DNA from: Elusimicrobiota bacterium
GTDB lineage: Bacteria; Elusimicrobiota; Elusimicrobia; Elusimicrobiales; UBA9959
Length of the DNA stretch: 64,000 nucleotides
Direction of reading: 5' to 3'
Assembly (NCBI GenBank): GCA_009773155.1
Contig: WOVA01000016.1
Location: 25,507 to 89,506 of the forward strand
Of the stretch, positions 63,004 through 64,000 are shown piece after piece; the first letter of the stretch is position 1, and every line of letters begins with the position of its first letter. Under the pieces are notes generated by a model. The model saw only the letters and a list, made by a program, of their open reading frames with translations. It ran no database searches and was not told the origin of the DNA. The translations under genes were made by a program, and so were the position numbers.

Positions 63004-63075
63004 TCGGGGCGCCGGGGATTGAACCCGGAGTCTCTCGCACCCCAAGCGAGCGCTCTACCATTGAGCCACGCCCCG
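63004..63075 (-). tRNA. tRNA-Pro (anticodon GGG)
   Basis: Hand fold: CGGGGCG-TG-GCTC-AATGGTA-GAGC-G-CTCGC-TTGGGGT-GCGAG-AGACT-CCGGG-TTCAATC-CCCGG-CGCCCCG-A. Confidence 0.9.
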
Positions 63076-63157
63076 GTGAGGAAGGTCGAAAACGTCGAGG
63101 CGTTATTCTATCAAAAACGGGACCCGTCTCAAAATCGCGCGCGCCGCCCGCGCGCCG

Positions 63158-63508
63158 TCAGAGGTCCTTCATTATCTGGCGCAGCTCTTTCTTTATCTCG
63201 TCGAGCAGTTCCGCCGTTTTAACGTCGGAGGCCGGCGGGACGAACGACTGCTTCTTCTCGGGTTTGGCCTTGCCGCGGGTGTAGAGCACCTTCCTGGCGC
63301 CGCGCAGCGAGTAGCCCTTGAGCAGGACCAGGTCCTTGATCTCGTTGACGGTCTCCAGGTCCTTCTGCGTGTAGCGGCGGTGGCCGCTGGCCAGGCGCAG
63401 CGGGCGCAACAGCCTGAACCGGGACTCCCAGTACCTGATGGTGTGCGGGGCGATGCCGGTCTTGCCGGCTATCTCGTTTATCGTGAGGTAATTCTTTTCC
63501 GTACCTAT
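63158..63508 (-). CDS. MerR-family transcriptional regulator (start codon unresolved)
   Basis: The HTH NYLTINEIAGKTGIAPHTIRYWESRFRLLRPLRLASGHRRYT is encoded upstream of the first TTG (63409). There is no in-frame ATG, GTG, TTG or CTG. The 5-prime end abuts the hup stop. Confidence 0.72.
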   Translation of the reverse strand: MGTEKNYLTINEIAGKTGIAPHTIRYWESRFRLLRPLRLASGHRRYTQKDLETVNEIKDLVLLKGYSLRGARKVLYTRGKAKPEKKQSFVPPASDVKTAELLDEIKKELRQIMKDL

Positions 63509-63771
63509 ATCCCTATCAGGATCTTTCTGGACGGCTTGAAGCGGATGCTCTTGCGCGGGCCCACCATGACCTTCTGATTGGTCTTGGGGTTGCGCATCTG
63601 GCGCGGCTGGCGCTCCTTCACGCGGAACGTGCCGAAATTGGAGATGACCACCTTCTCGTTGGAGCGCAGGGCGGCGGCCATCATCTCGAAGATGCGGTGC
63701 ACGGCCATCTTGGCGTCCTTCTCGGTGGTAAGGTGGCGGCCGATCTCTTTTATGATGTCATGCCTGTTCAT
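63505..63771 (-). CDS. hup: HU/IHF-family DNA-binding protein
   Basis: 88 aa with GTFRVKERQPRQMRNPKTNQKVMVGPRKSIRFKPS, a beta-arm with the conserved RNP.T motif. Confidence 0.9.
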   Translation of the reverse strand: MNRHDIIKEIGRHLTTEKDAKMAVHRIFEMMAAALRSNEKVVISNFGTFRVKERQPRQMRNPKTNQKVMVGPRKSIRFKPSRKILIGI

Positions 63772-64000
63772 CGTCCTGCTCCTCTTCTTCTCCGCGTCTG
63801 TCGTCGCGCGCGCCCTTGCCGGGGCCGCCGGGCGGGCCCGGCTCTTTAAGCAGCTGCGAGATTATGTCGTTGGGCTTGAGGCTCTTGAGGTCCTCGCGGA
63901 ACTTGACCACCTCGTCCTCGGTGATCGGCTTGGAAAGCACCTGCGTTTTCGCGAAGACGGCCTCGGAGACCAGGATGGGGCAGCCGAAGCGCACGGCCAT
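63758..64000 (-). CDS. Bifunctional-nuclease (DUF151)-like protein, 5-prime partial (continues right of window)
   Basis: AVRFGCPILVSEAVFAKT resembles the C-terminal part of the BFN domain. It has an acidic tail. The ATG at the window edge is probably internal. Confidence 0.55.
   Translation of the reverse strand: MAVRFGCPILVSEAVFAKTQVLSKPITEDEVVKFREDLKSLKPNDIISQLLKEPGPPGGPGKGARDDRRGEEEEQDDEQA

Overview
GC-rich bacterial chromosomal segment. GC content was judged by eye, not computed. The envelope genes are diderm-type: lgt, an Omp85-like barrel, porin-like barrels and a pilin-like gene. The lineage cannot be identified from the sequence; the gene style resembles uncultured Elusimicrobiota-like genomes, which is inference only. 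I can support about 60 protein genes, 6 tRNAs, several terminators and promoters, and three families of palindromic repeats. I saw no rRNA, CRISPR array, transposase, integrase or phage genes.

Housekeeping blocks, in window order:
- ligA (5-prime partial) and purH
- kbl and tdh
- a DUF4912-like gene and a GH57 glucan-branching enzyme
- rluD, lgt, a HAD phosphatase and an MBL hydrolase
- ftsB and eno
- a phosphohexomutase
- a YacP-like NYN gene
- tRNA-Leu, psd and pssA
- metG, holB and tmk
- tRNA-Lys
- ftsQ, ftsA, ftsZ, pilT, a dNK, cmk, plsC and rpsA
- a TPR protein, an Omp85-like composite protein and a HEAT-repeat protein
- two porin-like barrels
- tRNA-Arg, apt, a sigma-70 factor, acyP and tRNA-Pro
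- a GT28-like glycosyltransferase
- perR and ahpC, divergent from copZ
- a serpin
- a second tRNA-Pro
- merR, hup and a DUF151 nuclease (partial)

Most interesting regions:
1. A co-directional 20.5-37.3 kb locus. It starts with a short RpoN-like sigma factor, a PAS histidine kinase and a GAFTGA sigma-54 activator. These are followed by an enhancer array, a terminator and a TGGCAA-N5-TTGC promoter. Downstream lie a secreted fibre-like protein, an FN3-repeat protein with a T9SS-type-B-like C-terminal domain, and a PorV/PorP-like barrel that appears frameshift-split from a coiled-coil and LysM tail. The locus ends with a roughly 1240-aa coiled-coil protein, a coiled-coil-fused histidine kinase, and a response regulator whose output is a transmembrane-anchored extracytoplasmic propeller-like domain.
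2. A dispersed GGGGACACCATGCCGCATGGTGTCCCC palindrome family with at least 8 copies. Several copies sit in-frame inside coding sequences. About 91-93 bp long-hairpin elements share the same GGGGAC...GTCCCC termini.
3. A gene-poor 50.8-52.7 kb island at a point where gene orientation converges. It holds a 28-bp dif-like Xer site, an AT-rich tract and nine copies of an iteron-like CTTTCATGGT motif.
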